Positions 41,701-48,158 of a stretch of DNA of 64,000 bases are shown one piece after another. The stretch covers positions 225,397 to 289,396 of the forward strand of contig CAWDIH010000001.1 in NCBI GenBank assembly GCA_963802415.1, read 5' to 3'. The notes under the pieces were generated by a model. The model searched no databases. It had not been told where the DNA came from and worked only from the letters and a program-made list of their open reading frames with translations. Made by a program: the position numbers and the translations under genes. This DNA is from an uncultured Acidimicrobiia bacterium. GTDB lineage: Bacteria > Actinomycetota > Acidimicrobiia > Acidimicrobiales > JACDCH01. Every line of letters begins with the position of its first letter. Positions within the stretch are counted from its first letter, which is position 1.

Positions 41701-43105
41701 CCGGAGGGGTCGGCGTGGCCGAGAGGTGCCACATATTGGGCGTCGCGGGAGCGTTGCCGACGGTGTTCACGACCCGCTTCGCCAGCGTCAGCGAGGGCGC
41801 CTGGTTGCTAATCGTGCAGTCGGCCGCGACAGTCACCCCCGCCGGCAGCAGACCGGTCGGCGCCACGACGAAGGTGTTTGCGTTCGGGGTGCCGTCAGGG
41901 TTGGTCAGCACCACGGTTGCGGGCGTGGCTTTGAGGTTCGCGTCAAGGACGGCCGGGTTGAAGTAGTTGCAAGCAACCGATTGGCGCGACCACGGTGGCG
42001 GTAGCGGGAGATTCTCGACAAGGCGGTAGCCACCCGCCGCGAAGATGTTCGAGAAGTTGTCGGTGGGCGAGGTGGGAACCGTCAACGACCCGGTCAGCAC
42101 CGAAAGCGATGGGTCCGAATCAAGGTTCGGCGCGACGAGCGGCGTGTTGTCCTGCACCGGACCGCCGTCGACACGATTGAGGTTGTAGGTGAATGTGGCC
42201 GCTGTATCCAGAACGGCCGGCGTCGTGGCCTTCGTGATCCGGACCGCCGAGCAGTTCGAGATCTGGAGCGGTGGTAGTCCGACGAAGTCCTCGAGGTCGG
42301 CGTTGCCGTTGCCCGCCCGAGTGACCACGTAGTTCGACACGACGGAGGTGCACGTCTGCGACGTCGGCAGGACACCGGCCGCGGTGAGGTCGACCGCGAA
42401 CTCGCCGAACGCCGGCGAGTTGCCCAGCTCGACCTGACTCTGGAACGCGCTCGCTGGCGGCGCCGGCACTTTGGGGACCCACGCGCTCCCGTTCCACGAG
42501 AGGAGTTCGACCGACGTGCCAGAATTGGGGTCGAAGTTGAAATGGACGAGGGTGATGGTGCTCTTGGTCTGGCCGCCGATCAACGGGACGAAGAAGGACA
42601 TGTCGCCGGGGACGGCGTTGCGCCGCCAGCCTCCGTAGAGGACGTAGTGAATCGAGGAGACACCGCCCTCGGTGAAGTTGACGGGCTGCCACGCGACGAA
42701 GGCCTGACAGATGTTGTTCTTGATGGTGATGTTGTCCGGCGTCGGGTTCGGTGCGAACCAGTCGAACTCGTCCAACTTGCCAGTGACCGCGCTCGGGTCT
42801 GGGTTGATGCACGCCTCGATGGGCTGGGCGGCGTCCTGCAGGAAGGACGCCGCGTTGGCCCAGTCGATCCCCGCCCCGCCACTTGGAGGCGTCGGACCGT
42901 TGACCGCCTGGTTGGCGTCGATCTCGAAGTTCGTCAGGCCGCCGAGCGCGGCGTGCGCGTCGGGTTGCTTCGGAATCTCGACGAGGACGCTGACGACGAG
43001 CAGTAGGGCGAACGCGCCGAGCAACCGACGTCTTCCGAGGCGCGGGCCGGACCGACCCAGAGCCCGACGAGATCGTGCGTGCCGGCCCGCGGCAGCGCGC
43101 GTCAC
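29738..43105 (-). CDS. Giant (~4,455 aa) sortase-anchored repetitive surface protein/adhesin
   Basis: Arg-rich signal peptide ending AHA; N-terminal head; CnaB/SpaA-like domains; 30 Ig-like 'ATN..G..H.F...C...C...KTW' modules; a DUF11-like domain; LARTG + TM + RRR tail. The GTG start at 43105 is inferred. Confidence 0.9.
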   Translation of the reverse strand: MTRAAAGRHARSRRALGRSGPRLGRRRLLGAFALLLVVSVLVEIPKQPDAHAALGGLTNFEIDANQAVNGPTPPSGGAGIDWANAASFLQDAAQPIEACINPDPSAVTGKLDEFDWFAPNPTPDNITIKNNICQAFVAWQPVNFTEGGVSSIHYVLYGGWRRNAVPGDMSFFVPLIGGQTKSTITLVHFNFDPNSGTSVELLSWNGSAWVPKVPAPPASAFQSQVELGNSPAFGEFAVDLTAAGVLPTSQTCTSVVSNYVVTRAGNGNADLEDFVGLPPLQISNCSAVRITKATTPAVLDTAATFTYNLNRVDGGPVQDNTPLVAPNLDSDPSLSVLTGSLTVPTSPTDNFSNIFAAGGYRLVENLPLPPPWSRQSVACNYFNPAVLDANLKATPATVVLTNPDGTPNANTFVVAPTGLLPAGVTVAADCTISNQAPSLTLAKRVVNTVGNAPATPNMWHLSATPTPPGAAIDYGPGTSTGMTKVVAPSTYTLAETPNTTPAPPAGYIASAWTCVDAAGNPVTVSGGNQVTLGATANVTCTISNTADDLARLTLQKTVVGGTATEGQFTLTAQQSANNPGSIDGSAISGIEGALAVTDRHVTRGTFSLSETGPPGYVESWLCTNGAGATVSTTNQVEIPTNFTDPNQLVITCTVTNTTTAIDVNVTGAATNPAGRPHTFTLTATRVAPPGPLTGALLDLTFSNPALVIANTCQTAPGTNASGQCTVTVNSTSPGPFTITVNGFTNQGPNGPLPGQPFTLPAPVSSNKLWTTYHVEGESAVNLVGDTPHVFTLSGFQNDGTGESALPAGSVISYTWSGAGTVSPAGQCTVNGSGTCDVTVSAAANEPETSTLTVTSITVSLPNGLGGSTSHTLSVGDQALSVPLPALTKSWIAFRVRVEPSEQVNLVGQPHTFTVTAEFAATPGVWQPVSGGSVVLEWTSAVADAGSPTTCPALSAAGTCTFTVVQGTPPEPGTGTLQVTGLTVTIGGQTTTLTDDLGSSTLDLSAATGQKSWVLIDVTITPGADNLAGEPHTFTVQVTGTDGDGPFVDGGVPGATVTSSVVSAVGGATVTGDTCTTPGTNATGQCTITVTAPASGSIELQLEQVTVTIDGQEFVIDLVPGARGVRADAVLPIRTDKVWWQYRVILSDDAINPLGVTHTFTATVQRTRDGGANWLPVPTGALLQHQWTDNPVGFSSVNTADSTCLTTGTALDGTCTFEVTATDATTGTLTIQGIASTWLDRNRNGQRGAPTDPIPNPTEFAQEIVTIPQSMFGLGSNLSASKTWWDFAVDVSGPAENPVGTDHTFTLTVQYTDGFGFQPVSPGTTMTYLWSGPAGSAEDTSRSTCDPADASGTGDPGPGQCTVVIESPTVPGTGTLTITGIASTSIPQPTPPPSTVSFTFPTAATPTKTWIAYRAIISASATNLAGSSHPFTITVQEDRGAGFVAVPDGTTLAVVLTDPAKLVSNTCATGTTGGTCTVTVSSTDPGSVTVTPGAITVSLLNGTLLPNGTGVRVPVTVAPGTAAYATPASATKTWVEFRLGVSPSATNLAGVSHTFIVTAEFAVAPDVFQPLTTGLVDFTRTGAGAVAAPTTCPTLGAAGTCTVTVNSADPGVGILTLNGLSSATVTVGGTPTTFTDVNPTTAPNAIGFTSQTATKTWIAYSVTITPTANNPVGTQHDFVITADVQGSGAPVPAVGASIAFTWTGAGTPTPSTSCTTNAAGTCTVSVTSPSAGTGTLTVTSLTDSAGRVVDLTVAGSPGQSLDQTVPLEASKTWLQYRVLLSPSATNLVGVPHTFTATVQQTGITTPTAADWVSVPDATTLTATPSGSGTLDPASTCLTVGTTGGTCQFAVHDAGPGTLTLNVTAIGATTVDGVPFTNIGLSAPASATKTWVSVLVSVTPSSATNLSGDPHTFTVHVDVAGADGTATPHPAEGATVAWTFPGPGTVSADTCATGTTAGTCVVTFDNSAAGSGTFTATSVTVTVSGTPLTVNLTAAAPGQAPGQVVPVTATKTWLSYLVTITPSANNPVSTTHDFVITATVTNGTTTSPAVNASIAFIWSGPGSPVTPSPCVTDANGTCTVSVTSSAAGTGTLQVLNLTDSGGATVDLTVAGMPGQAPGQTVPLTASKTWLQYRVLLSPNATNLTGVPHTFTATVQQTGVANPTEANWTAVPIGTTLTASTTGPGTLNPASSCLTPGTTTGGTCQFVVHDTGPGTLTLTVTAIGATTVDGLPFTNIALSAPAIATKTWLSVLVSVTPPSATNLAGDPHTFTVHVDVAGADGTATALPAEGATVAWTFPGPGTLSADTCATGTTAGTCVVTFTNSGAGAGTFTATSVTVTVNGTPLTVDLTTAGLPGQAPGQIVPVSAAKTWVAYTVTVSPSINNPMGTQHDFVITATATNGTTTTPAANASIEFVWSGAGSLVTPSPCITGANGTCTVSVTSPSAGSGTLTVTSLTDSGGATVDLTVAGMPGQAPGQAVPLTASKTWLQYRVLLSPSATNLVGVPHTFTATVQQTGLANPTGADWTAVPIGTTLTASTTGPGTLDLASTCLTPGTAIGGTCQFVVHDTGPGTLTLTVAAINATTVDGLPFTNIALSAPATATKTWLAYTVTLSPSATNPAGVPHAFTVTATVTDGTTPAPAVNASIAFTWLGAGSLVTPSPCTTNAAGTCTVSVTSPTTGSGTLTVTSLTDSGGRVVNLAVVGAPGQAPGQTVPLTATKTWSQYRVLLTPSATNLVGVPHTFTATVQHTEVPNPTEGDWVSVPDGTTLTASTTGPGTLDPVSSCVTPGTTGGTCQFVVHDAGPGTLTLTVTAINATTVDGLPVSDDIPLSAPATATKTWLAYTVTISPSATNPVGVPHNFVITAAVNSGTSTVPAAGASITFTWSGVGTPTPSSSCTTNAAGTCTVSVTSPSAGSGTLTVTSLTDSGGRVVNLAVVGAPGQAPGQTVPLTATKTWSQYRVLLSANATNLTGVPHTFTATVQHTEVPNPTEGDWVSVPDGTTLTASTTGPGTLDPVSSCVTPGTTGGTCQFVVHDAGPGTLTLTVTAINATTVDGLPVTDDIPLSAPATATKTWVAYTVTISPSINNPVGTQHDFTITATVTDGTTTSPAANASIAFTLSGTGSLVTPSPCTTSATGTCTVSVTSPTAGTGTLTVTSLTDSGNRVVNLTVPAAAGQTPGQVVPLTASKTWVQFRVLLSSNATNLVGVPHTFTAVVQTTGVANPIESDWGLASDGTTLAASTPGPGTIDPASTCLTTGTTLGLCQFIVHDAGPGTLALTVTAIASTSVNAVTFTDILLSAPATASKTWLAYTVTVSPSASNPVGVPHNFTVTATVNDGTSTTAAAGASIAFGWSGAGALVTQSPCTTGTAGTCTVTVTSPSAGSGTLTVTSLTDSAGRVVDLTAAGAPGQAPGQAVPLTASKTWSQYRVLLTPSATNLVGVAHTFTATVQHSEVINPTEGDWTEVPDGTTLAVTPSGSGTLDPASSCLTAGTSGGTCQLIVHDTGAGTLELTVTAIANTTVDGLPVNNIPLSAPATASKTWIAYLVTVSPSANNPVGTQHDFVITATVNDGASTTPAAGASIAFGWLGAGALVTPSPCTTDAPGTCTVSVTSPSAGTGTLTVTSLTDSAGRTVGLTVVGAPGQASGQVVPLTSSKTWLQFRVLLSPNATNLTGVPHTFTATVQQTGVASPAGTDWTAVPDGTRLTATPSGSGTLDPASTCLTVVGTSDGTCQFIVHDTGAGTLTLNVTAIGATTVDGVPFTNIPLSAPASASKTWVAALVSVTPSSATNLSGDPHTFTVHVDVAGADGTSAPLPADGATVAWTFSGSDTVSNDTCATGTTAGTCVVTFNNGGASAGTFSATSVTFTVNGQEFTVDLTTQGTPGQASGQVVPVTATKTWLAYTVTISPTATNPVGTQHDFAITATVTDGTTPAPAANASIAFTWSGAGSLVTPSPCTTTAAGTCTVSVTSPSAGSGTLTVTTLTDSGGRVVDLTVAGAPGQAPGQTMPLTASKTWLRYRVLLSANATNLTGVAHTFTATVQQTDMADADAEWTAVPDGTTLTATPSGSGFLDPASQCLTAGTNGGTCQFIVHDNGPGTLTLDVTAISTTVIDGVPFSDIPLSVPAIASKTWLAYTVTVSPSATNLAGTPHDFAITATMTDGETSTPATNASIAFTWSGTESSTPASACTTDSAGMCTVTVTSSTAGSGTLTVASLTDSAGRLVDLTTAGAPGQAQGQVVPLTATKTWVFANLVVHKTANGATPVAGGDPFNYTITVTNEGPLATSSPVTVTDTIGSGLEFAGTPSMPVSAGSCAPPSGSSMTCTITTLLAVGDTVTIVVPARVAAGTVGPVENVVTADSREDPLCPNGTCPPPPECAAPTTPATQTVAVLASTTAADPSDNQACVLSSVTAAGGTVVPPPVAHSPLARTGPDDLSALLGALLLLSGFGLVVVTRRRARSPA

Positions 43106-43343
43106 TTCGTGCGTCCCGCCCGTCGGGCTCCTCGTGACACGAGACCCCTCCCTGCCGCTGCTCGGCCGCCGGCGACCGATCGGGTTTTGCGTCCAAGTCG
43201 GTTTCGTGCGGCATTCTCGACCATTGCGCCGCAGTTGGACATCACCCTGTTCGGGTGGTTTGGGCGAAGTTAACACTTTGCTGTGATGTGATCGCGGTGT
43301 CCTGAGATGGCTGCAGGCATCCGCATCTGCAACGGAGATCGAC

Positions 43344-44345
43344 ACGGACACGCCACCACCCCGCGCAGTTGATCCGACCTCGCTGACCGCGGTCCTCGCC
43401 GAGGCGTGGTCGATCGACGCCGGAGATCTCGAGTACGTGCCCAAGGGAGTCGGCAGTTACCACTGGCGCGCCGTGGACAACGGCCGAGCGCGCTACTTCA
43501 TCACGGTCGACGACCTCGACACGAAGCCGTGGCTCGGGCGCGAGCGAAGTTCGACCTTCGAACGCCTTGCTCGTGCGTACGCGACTGCGTGGACGCTGCA
43601 CCATTACGACGGACTCTCGCTCGTCGTCGCGCCGATTCGAGCGGGCAACGATTTGATCGCCGTCCGCTTCGACGACCGGTACACCATCGCGGTGTTCCCC
43701 TATGTGGACGGAACAGCCGGCACCTGGGGGCAGCCGATCGCACCGGATGAGCACACGCTCGTCGCCCGCGAGCTCGCGTACCTCCACAACGCGGAACACG
43801 GTCGACGGGCAGGCATCGAGCGGCGTCCCCATGCATTGCCCGAGCGAGCCGCGTTGATGGATGCGCTCGAGTCCCTGGGCCGGCCTTGGACGGGCGGTGC
43901 ATTCTCCGAGCGGGCGCGCCACGCATTGCACGACAACGTGGCGAGCGTTGTCGTTCGTCTTACGCGGTTCGACGAGCTTGCAGCGCACCTCGATCGCGCA
44001 GATGTCACGCCCGTGGTGACACACGGCGAGCCGCATCCCGGCAACCTCATCTGGACGTCCATGGGTTTGCGCCTCATCGACTGGGATACCGTCGCGCTCG
44101 CTGAACCAGAGCGCGACTTGTGGATGCTCGGCAACGAACACGCGCACTACTCCGAGGCGACCGGTCACACCCTCGATCCCGCCGCGATGGAGTTCTACGC
44201 ACTGGCGTGGACGCTTTCCGACATCGCATCCTTCACCGACCTTTTCCGTGCCGAACACGAGCGCACGCGTTGGGCCGAACAGAAGTGGACGGGGTTCGTG
44301 TCGCTCCTGGAAGGAGGCACGTCACGTCCGTACGGCTCGTCGTGA
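43344..44345 (+). CDS. Aminoglycoside phosphotransferase (APH)-family kinase
   Basis: 'G.GSYHW', Brenner-like 'THGEPHPGN' and 'LIDWD...PERDLW'. The start is uncertain: the first standard start is GTG 43437, but the open frame and an SD point to ACG 43344. Confidence 0.82.
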   Translation, partial: TDTPPPRAVDPTSLTAVLAEAWSIDAGDLEYVPKGVGSYHWRAVDNGRARYFITVDDLDTKPWLGRERSSTFERLARAYATAWTLHHYDGLSLVVAPIRAGNDLIAVRFDDRYTIAVFPYVDGTAGTWGQPIAPDEHTLVARELAYLHNAEHGRRAGIERRPHALPERAALMDALESLGRPWTGGAFSERARHALHDNVASVVVRLTRFDELAAHLDRADVTPVVTHGEPHPGNLIWTSMGLRLIDWDTVALAEPERDLWMLGNEHAHYSEATGHTLDPAAMEFYALAWTLSDIASFTDLFRAEHERTRWAEQKWTGFVSLLEGGTSRPYGSS

Positions 44346-44378
44346 CGCGCTCCGCGGCGCCGAATCTAGGGTGGCGCC

Positions 44379-44792
44379 ATGGCGGCTCCCAGGGAACCCA
44401 AAGACGTCGTCCGCCGGTTTCTGGATCACGGCTGGAGTCCGGACGGCTGGAACATGGACGTCATCGAAGAGTGCTTCGACGATCGCTACTGGTCGCACAC
44501 CTGGCAGGGCGACCTCGCGCACACCGGTGCTCGACAGGGCCGGTTCTTCGCTTCGCTCGAGTTTCTCGAATCGCTCGAGAGCCAACTCGTCGCCGAGGGG
44601 GATCTGGTCGTGCATCGGTCTCGACGACGAGTTCGTCACGTCGGCGAGATCTTCGGTGTCGCGCCGACGGGGCGTGAGGTGGTCGTCGATCACGTGGAGA
44701 TGTGGCGCGTCGACAACGGCAAGATCGTCGACCACTGGGGCGGTCTCGGCGCTGGTGGCCAGCTCTATCGAGCGCTGACAACGCCTCTGTAA
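44379..44792 (+). CDS. SnoaL-like ester cyclase family protein
   Basis: Motifs 'LVAEGDLVV', 'HVGEIFGVAPTGREV' and 'NGKIVDHW'. Confidence 0.85.
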   Translation: MAAPREPKDVVRRFLDHGWSPDGWNMDVIEECFDDRYWSHTWQGDLAHTGARQGRFFASLEFLESLESQLVAEGDLVVHRSRRRVRHVGEIFGVAPTGREVVVDHVEMWRVDNGKIVDHWGGLGAGGQLYRALTTPL

Positions 44793-44869
44793 CTCGTCAG
44801 CGAGTGGATGCGGGAAGCAACCGGGCCCCTCAGGCGTTGCATACACACCTTTCCCATGAAGGAACACGT

Positions 44870-45844
44870 ATGACCAGCACCTTCGCCGACGAATCACCCC
44901 AACCGCCCGAAGCCGACGCGCTCGATGCCTACTCCCGCGTCGTCACGTCCGTCGCCGCCGAACTGACACCCAGCGTCGCCGCGCTGCAGGTCGCCCAGCG
45001 CGGCCGCAGCGGTCGCGTCGAAGCAGGCGCCGGCTCCGCGGTCGTCTTCACCGAGGATGGCTTTCTGCTCACCAACGCCCACGTCGTCGGAAACTCGACC
45101 GACGGGACCGCCGCATTCGCCGACGGGACCACATCACCGTTCCGCGTGATCGGCACGGACCCGCTCTCGGACCTTGCCGTCGTCCGCGCCGACGGTCCCA
45201 CCCCGCACCAAGCCAAGCTGGGTGATGCCTCGAAGCTGCGCGTCGGACAACTCGTCGTCGCCGTCGGGAACCCGCTGGGATTGTCCGGCAGCGTCACCGC
45301 CGGCGTGGTCAGCGCGCTCGGACGGTCATTGCCGAGTCGGTCAGGCAGCACGACCCGCATCATCGACGACGTGATCCAAACCGATGCAGCACTGAACCCG
45401 GGCAACTCCGGCGGCGCGCTCGCCGTGTCCTCCGGCGAAGTCGTCGGCATCAACACGGCCGTCGCCGGATTCGGACTCGGTCTGGCGGTGCCGATCAACG
45501 ACACCACACGAAGGATCGTGGCCTCGCTTCTCACTAAGGGCCGCGTCCGGCGGGCCTACATCGGCGTCGCCGGCATGCCGGCCCCGCTCCCGCCCGGCAT
45601 CGCCGAACGAACGGAGCAGCGAGTCGGGCTCCGCGTGCTCGAAGTCGTCACGGGCGGACCCGCGGCGCGCGCCGGCATCAAGCAAGGCGACATCATCGTC
45701 ACGGCCAGCGGCCAACCCATCGCCGGAGCCCAGTCGCTCCAGGGACTGATGTTGGCCGACACCATCGGCTCGAGGGTTCCGATCACCGTCGTTCGCAACG
45801 GCGCGCTCGTCGACGTCATCGTGACACCCACCGAGCTCACGTAG
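44870..45844 (+). CDS. HtrA/DegP-like S1C serine protease with PDZ domain
   Basis: Catalytic triad motifs TNAHV, DLAVV and GNSGG; C-terminal PDZ 'GPAARAGIKQGDII'. Confidence 0.94.
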   Translation: MTSTFADESPQPPEADALDAYSRVVTSVAAELTPSVAALQVAQRGRSGRVEAGAGSAVVFTEDGFLLTNAHVVGNSTDGTAAFADGTTSPFRVIGTDPLSDLAVVRADGPTPHQAKLGDASKLRVGQLVVAVGNPLGLSGSVTAGVVSALGRSLPSRSGSTTRIIDDVIQTDAALNPGNSGGALAVSSGEVVGINTAVAGFGLGLAVPINDTTRRIVASLLTKGRVRRAYIGVAGMPAPLPPGIAERTEQRVGLRVLEVVTGGPAARAGIKQGDIIVTASGQPIAGAQSLQGLMLADTIGSRVPITVVRNGALVDVIVTPTELT

Positions 45845-45904
45845 CCGGTGCGCGATCTCGCGTCTCGTCATGCATCGGAGCCGTCGACGAATCGGGGAGG
45901 CGTT

Positions 45905-46919
45905 GTGTCGCGAGTGCTGGTGACGGGTGGGAGTGGGTTTGTCGCGGGCTGGTGCATCGTGCAACTTCTCGAGGCCGGGCACGACGTCGTGGCCACGGTA
46001 CGTAGCCCGGAACGCGAGCGCGAGGTTCGTGCCGCACTCGAAGCTCGAGGCGGCACGTCCTCTCGTTTGCAGTTTGCGGTGGCCGATCTCGCAGGCGACC
46101 GTGGATGGGACGACGCGATGTCCGGGTGCGACTACGTCCTGCACGTAGCCTCGCCGTTGTCAGTCGACGGCGGCGATGCCGATTCGATCGTGTCCGTCGC
46201 GCATGAGGGGACATTGCGGGTCCTCGACGCGGCCGACCGCGCCCGCGTCGGGCGGGTCGTACTGACGTCATCGTCGCGCGGCGGCAACACCGCACGCGTC
46301 ACAGCTGTCGGGAACGGTCGACGAGTGGTGTTGGACCGATGAGGACGAGCCGGGGCTGTCCGCGTATCGGCGTTCGAAGACGCTGGCCGAGCGTGCCGCT
46401 TGGGACTACGCCGCCCACGGTTCCAGCTTCGAGTTGACGACGGTACTGCCCGCCGCGGTGTTCGGCCCGTCGTTGACAGCCTCGTCGTTGGGTTCGCTAC
46501 AGATCATCGCCGCGCTGTTGGACGGCTCCACGATTGCGATCCCGCGGCTCGGATTCGAGGTGGTCGACGTGAGAGACGTCGCCGCCGCGCATCTACTCGC
46601 TATGACCACGGCTGATGCGGAAGGTCAGCGCTTCATCGTTGCCGGTGACGTGTTGTGGTTCGCCGACATCGCCCAGATCTTGCGTGAGAACCTCGGTGCA
46701 GATGCGTCGCGAGTCCCGACCGAGACTTTGACCGACGACGCGTTCCGCTCGGTCGTGGAGATGAGTCCCGACCTGCAGACGCTGCTTCCGCTGCTCGGGC
46801 GCGAGTTGCAACATTCCTCGGCCAAGGCTCGGCAAATCCTCGGCTGGCAACCGCAACCGCAGATCGACACCATCGTCGACTCGGCCCGTTGCCTCCTCTC
46901 CTTCGACGCGATCCATTGA
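45905..46919 (+). CDS. NAD-dependent epimerase/dehydratase (aldehyde-reductase/DFR-like), frameshift near 46275
   Basis: 'VTGGSGFVA', 'HVASP', 'VLTSS', then 'YRRSKTLAERAAW' and 'VDVRDVAAAH' in the next frame. Confidence 0.87.
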
Positions 46920-46927
46920 TGACCGGG

Positions 46928-46960
46928 TTGACAGCGACCAGATCGTAAGTTGATACTTAC
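46928..46960 (+). promoter_or_regulatory. Promoter (TTGACA...GATACT) with perfect inverted repeat GTAAGT-N4-ACTTAC, a probable ArsR operator
   Basis: IR at 46945-46960 overlaps the -10. GTG 46966 follows with no SD. Confidence 0.65.
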
Positions 46961-46965
46961 CGTTA

Positions 46966-47286
46966 GTGGCGACGAACGTTCTGGACCGGATCGGCGTACT
47001 GGGCGATCCCACCCGGCGAGCGATCTTCGAGCTCGTGGCCGAGCGCGCCCAGCCGGTCGGCGAGATCGCTGCGCAACTGCCCGTGACGAGGCCGGCGGTC
47101 TCGCAACATCTGAAGGTGCTCAAACAGGCCGGACTCGTCATCGACCACGCGGCCGGCACCAGGCGCATCTACCACGTCGATCCCGAGGGACTCGCAGAGC
47201 TGCGGTCCTACTTCGAACAGTTCTGGAACAAGGCGCTCGACGCGTTCAAGGACGCGGTCGAGCGCCCGAGCAAGGAGGAGCGATGA
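46966..47286 (+). CDS. ArsR/SmtB family regulator
   Basis: Motifs 'LGDPTRRAIFE' and 'VTRPAVSQHLKVLKQAGLV'. Confidence 0.93.
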   Translation: MATNVLDRIGVLGDPTRRAIFELVAERAQPVGEIAAQLPVTRPAVSQHLKVLKQAGLVIDHAAGTRRIYHVDPEGLAELRSYFEQFWNKALDAFKDAVERPSKEER

Positions 47287-47762
47287 CCATCGACACCACT
47301 GATACCGCGGTCCAAGCGACGACCCTGGTCAACGTGCCCGTGGAGCGAGCTTTCGAGGTCTTCACCTCGGAGATCGGAACGTGGTGGCCACCCGAGCACC
47401 ACATCCTCCAAGCCGAGCTCGCGGAGATGGTCTTCGAACCGCGCGTGGGCGGGCATGTCATCGACAGCGGCGTCGACGGCAGCGAGTGCCGCTGGGCGCG
47501 CGTGCTGGTCTACGAACCGCCTGCGAGGGTGGTGATCAGCTGGGACATCAACCTCGAGTGGCAGATCGAGCACGACCCCGCGCGCACGAGCGAGATCGAG
47601 ATCAACTTCGTAGAGGAAGAGCCCGGACGGACACGCGTGGTCCTCGAGCATCGACATCTCGATCGCCACGGCGCCGGCTGGGAGCAGATGCGGGAGGCGG
47701 TCGGCTCACCGAATGGCTGGAACTCCGGCCTCGAGCGCTTCGCGGCGCGGGCTGCCGCATAG
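47283..47762 (+). CDS. SRPBCC/AHSA1-like protein
   Basis: Motifs 'PVERAFEVFT..IGTWWP', 'EPRVGG' and 'TRVVLEHR'; ATGA overlap and SD AAGGAGG. Confidence 0.9.
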   Translation: MTIDTTDTAVQATTLVNVPVERAFEVFTSEIGTWWPPEHHILQAELAEMVFEPRVGGHVIDSGVDGSECRWARVLVYEPPARVVISWDINLEWQIEHDPARTSEIEINFVEEEPGRTRVVLEHRHLDRHGAGWEQMREAVGSPNGWNSGLERFAARAAA

Positions 47763-47773
47763 CGAGCGCGTGC

Positions 47774-48094
47774 ATGTCCGGCTATCTGTTCAAACTGGTC
47801 CCGCCTCGTCCTGACTTTGCGTTCACGATGTCGGACGACGAGAAGGCAACGATGCTCGAACACGTGCGCTACTGGGGCGAGCTCGCGTCCGCAGGGAAGA
47901 CGGTCGCGTTCGGACCGGTGAACGACCCGGCAGGGGGCTACGGCGTCGGCATTGTGCTCGCGGAGAAACTGCAGGATGCCGAGCGACTTCGCGACGGCGA
48001 CCCCGCGATGCGTTCGTCGCATGGTTTCCGGACCGAGATCTTTCCCATGCTGAGCCTCGTCACTCCGTCCGCGAGGTACGGCGCGGCCGGCTGA
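47774..48094 (+). CDS. YciI-like protein
   Basis: Motif 'PPRPDF...EH..YW...FGPV.DP.G.YG...DPA'. Confidence 0.82.
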   Translation: MSGYLFKLVPPRPDFAFTMSDDEKATMLEHVRYWGELASAGKTVAFGPVNDPAGGYGVGIVLAEKLQDAERLRDGDPAMRSSHGFRTEIFPMLSLVTPSARYGAAG

Positions 48095-48158
48095 ACGGTC
48101 GACGTGTCGCCTTCGGCGAAGACGTACCCGTCGTTGCAACACATCTAGGGTCGGACGC

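Noticed and set aside
43020-43045. Tat-like 'GRRRLL' in the giant protein's signal peptide
   Set aside because: Arg-rich n-regions are common in high-GC Sec signals, and a >400-kDa sortase substrate is an unlikely Tat cargo.
29738-43105. Diversity-generating retroelement or invertible cassette acting on the adhesin
   Set aside because: No reverse transcriptase, recombinase, adenine-specific variant repeat or flanking inverted sites were seen in the window.
43282-43297. TGTGATGTGATCGCGG as a CRP box upstream of the giant gene
   Set aside because: The second half-site is poor at the N6 spacing.
43106-43444. 113-aa N-terminal extension of the giant ORF (4568 aa call)
   Set aside because: It overlaps the divergent kinase gene and the AT-richer promoter region, and the signal peptide starts near GTG 43105.
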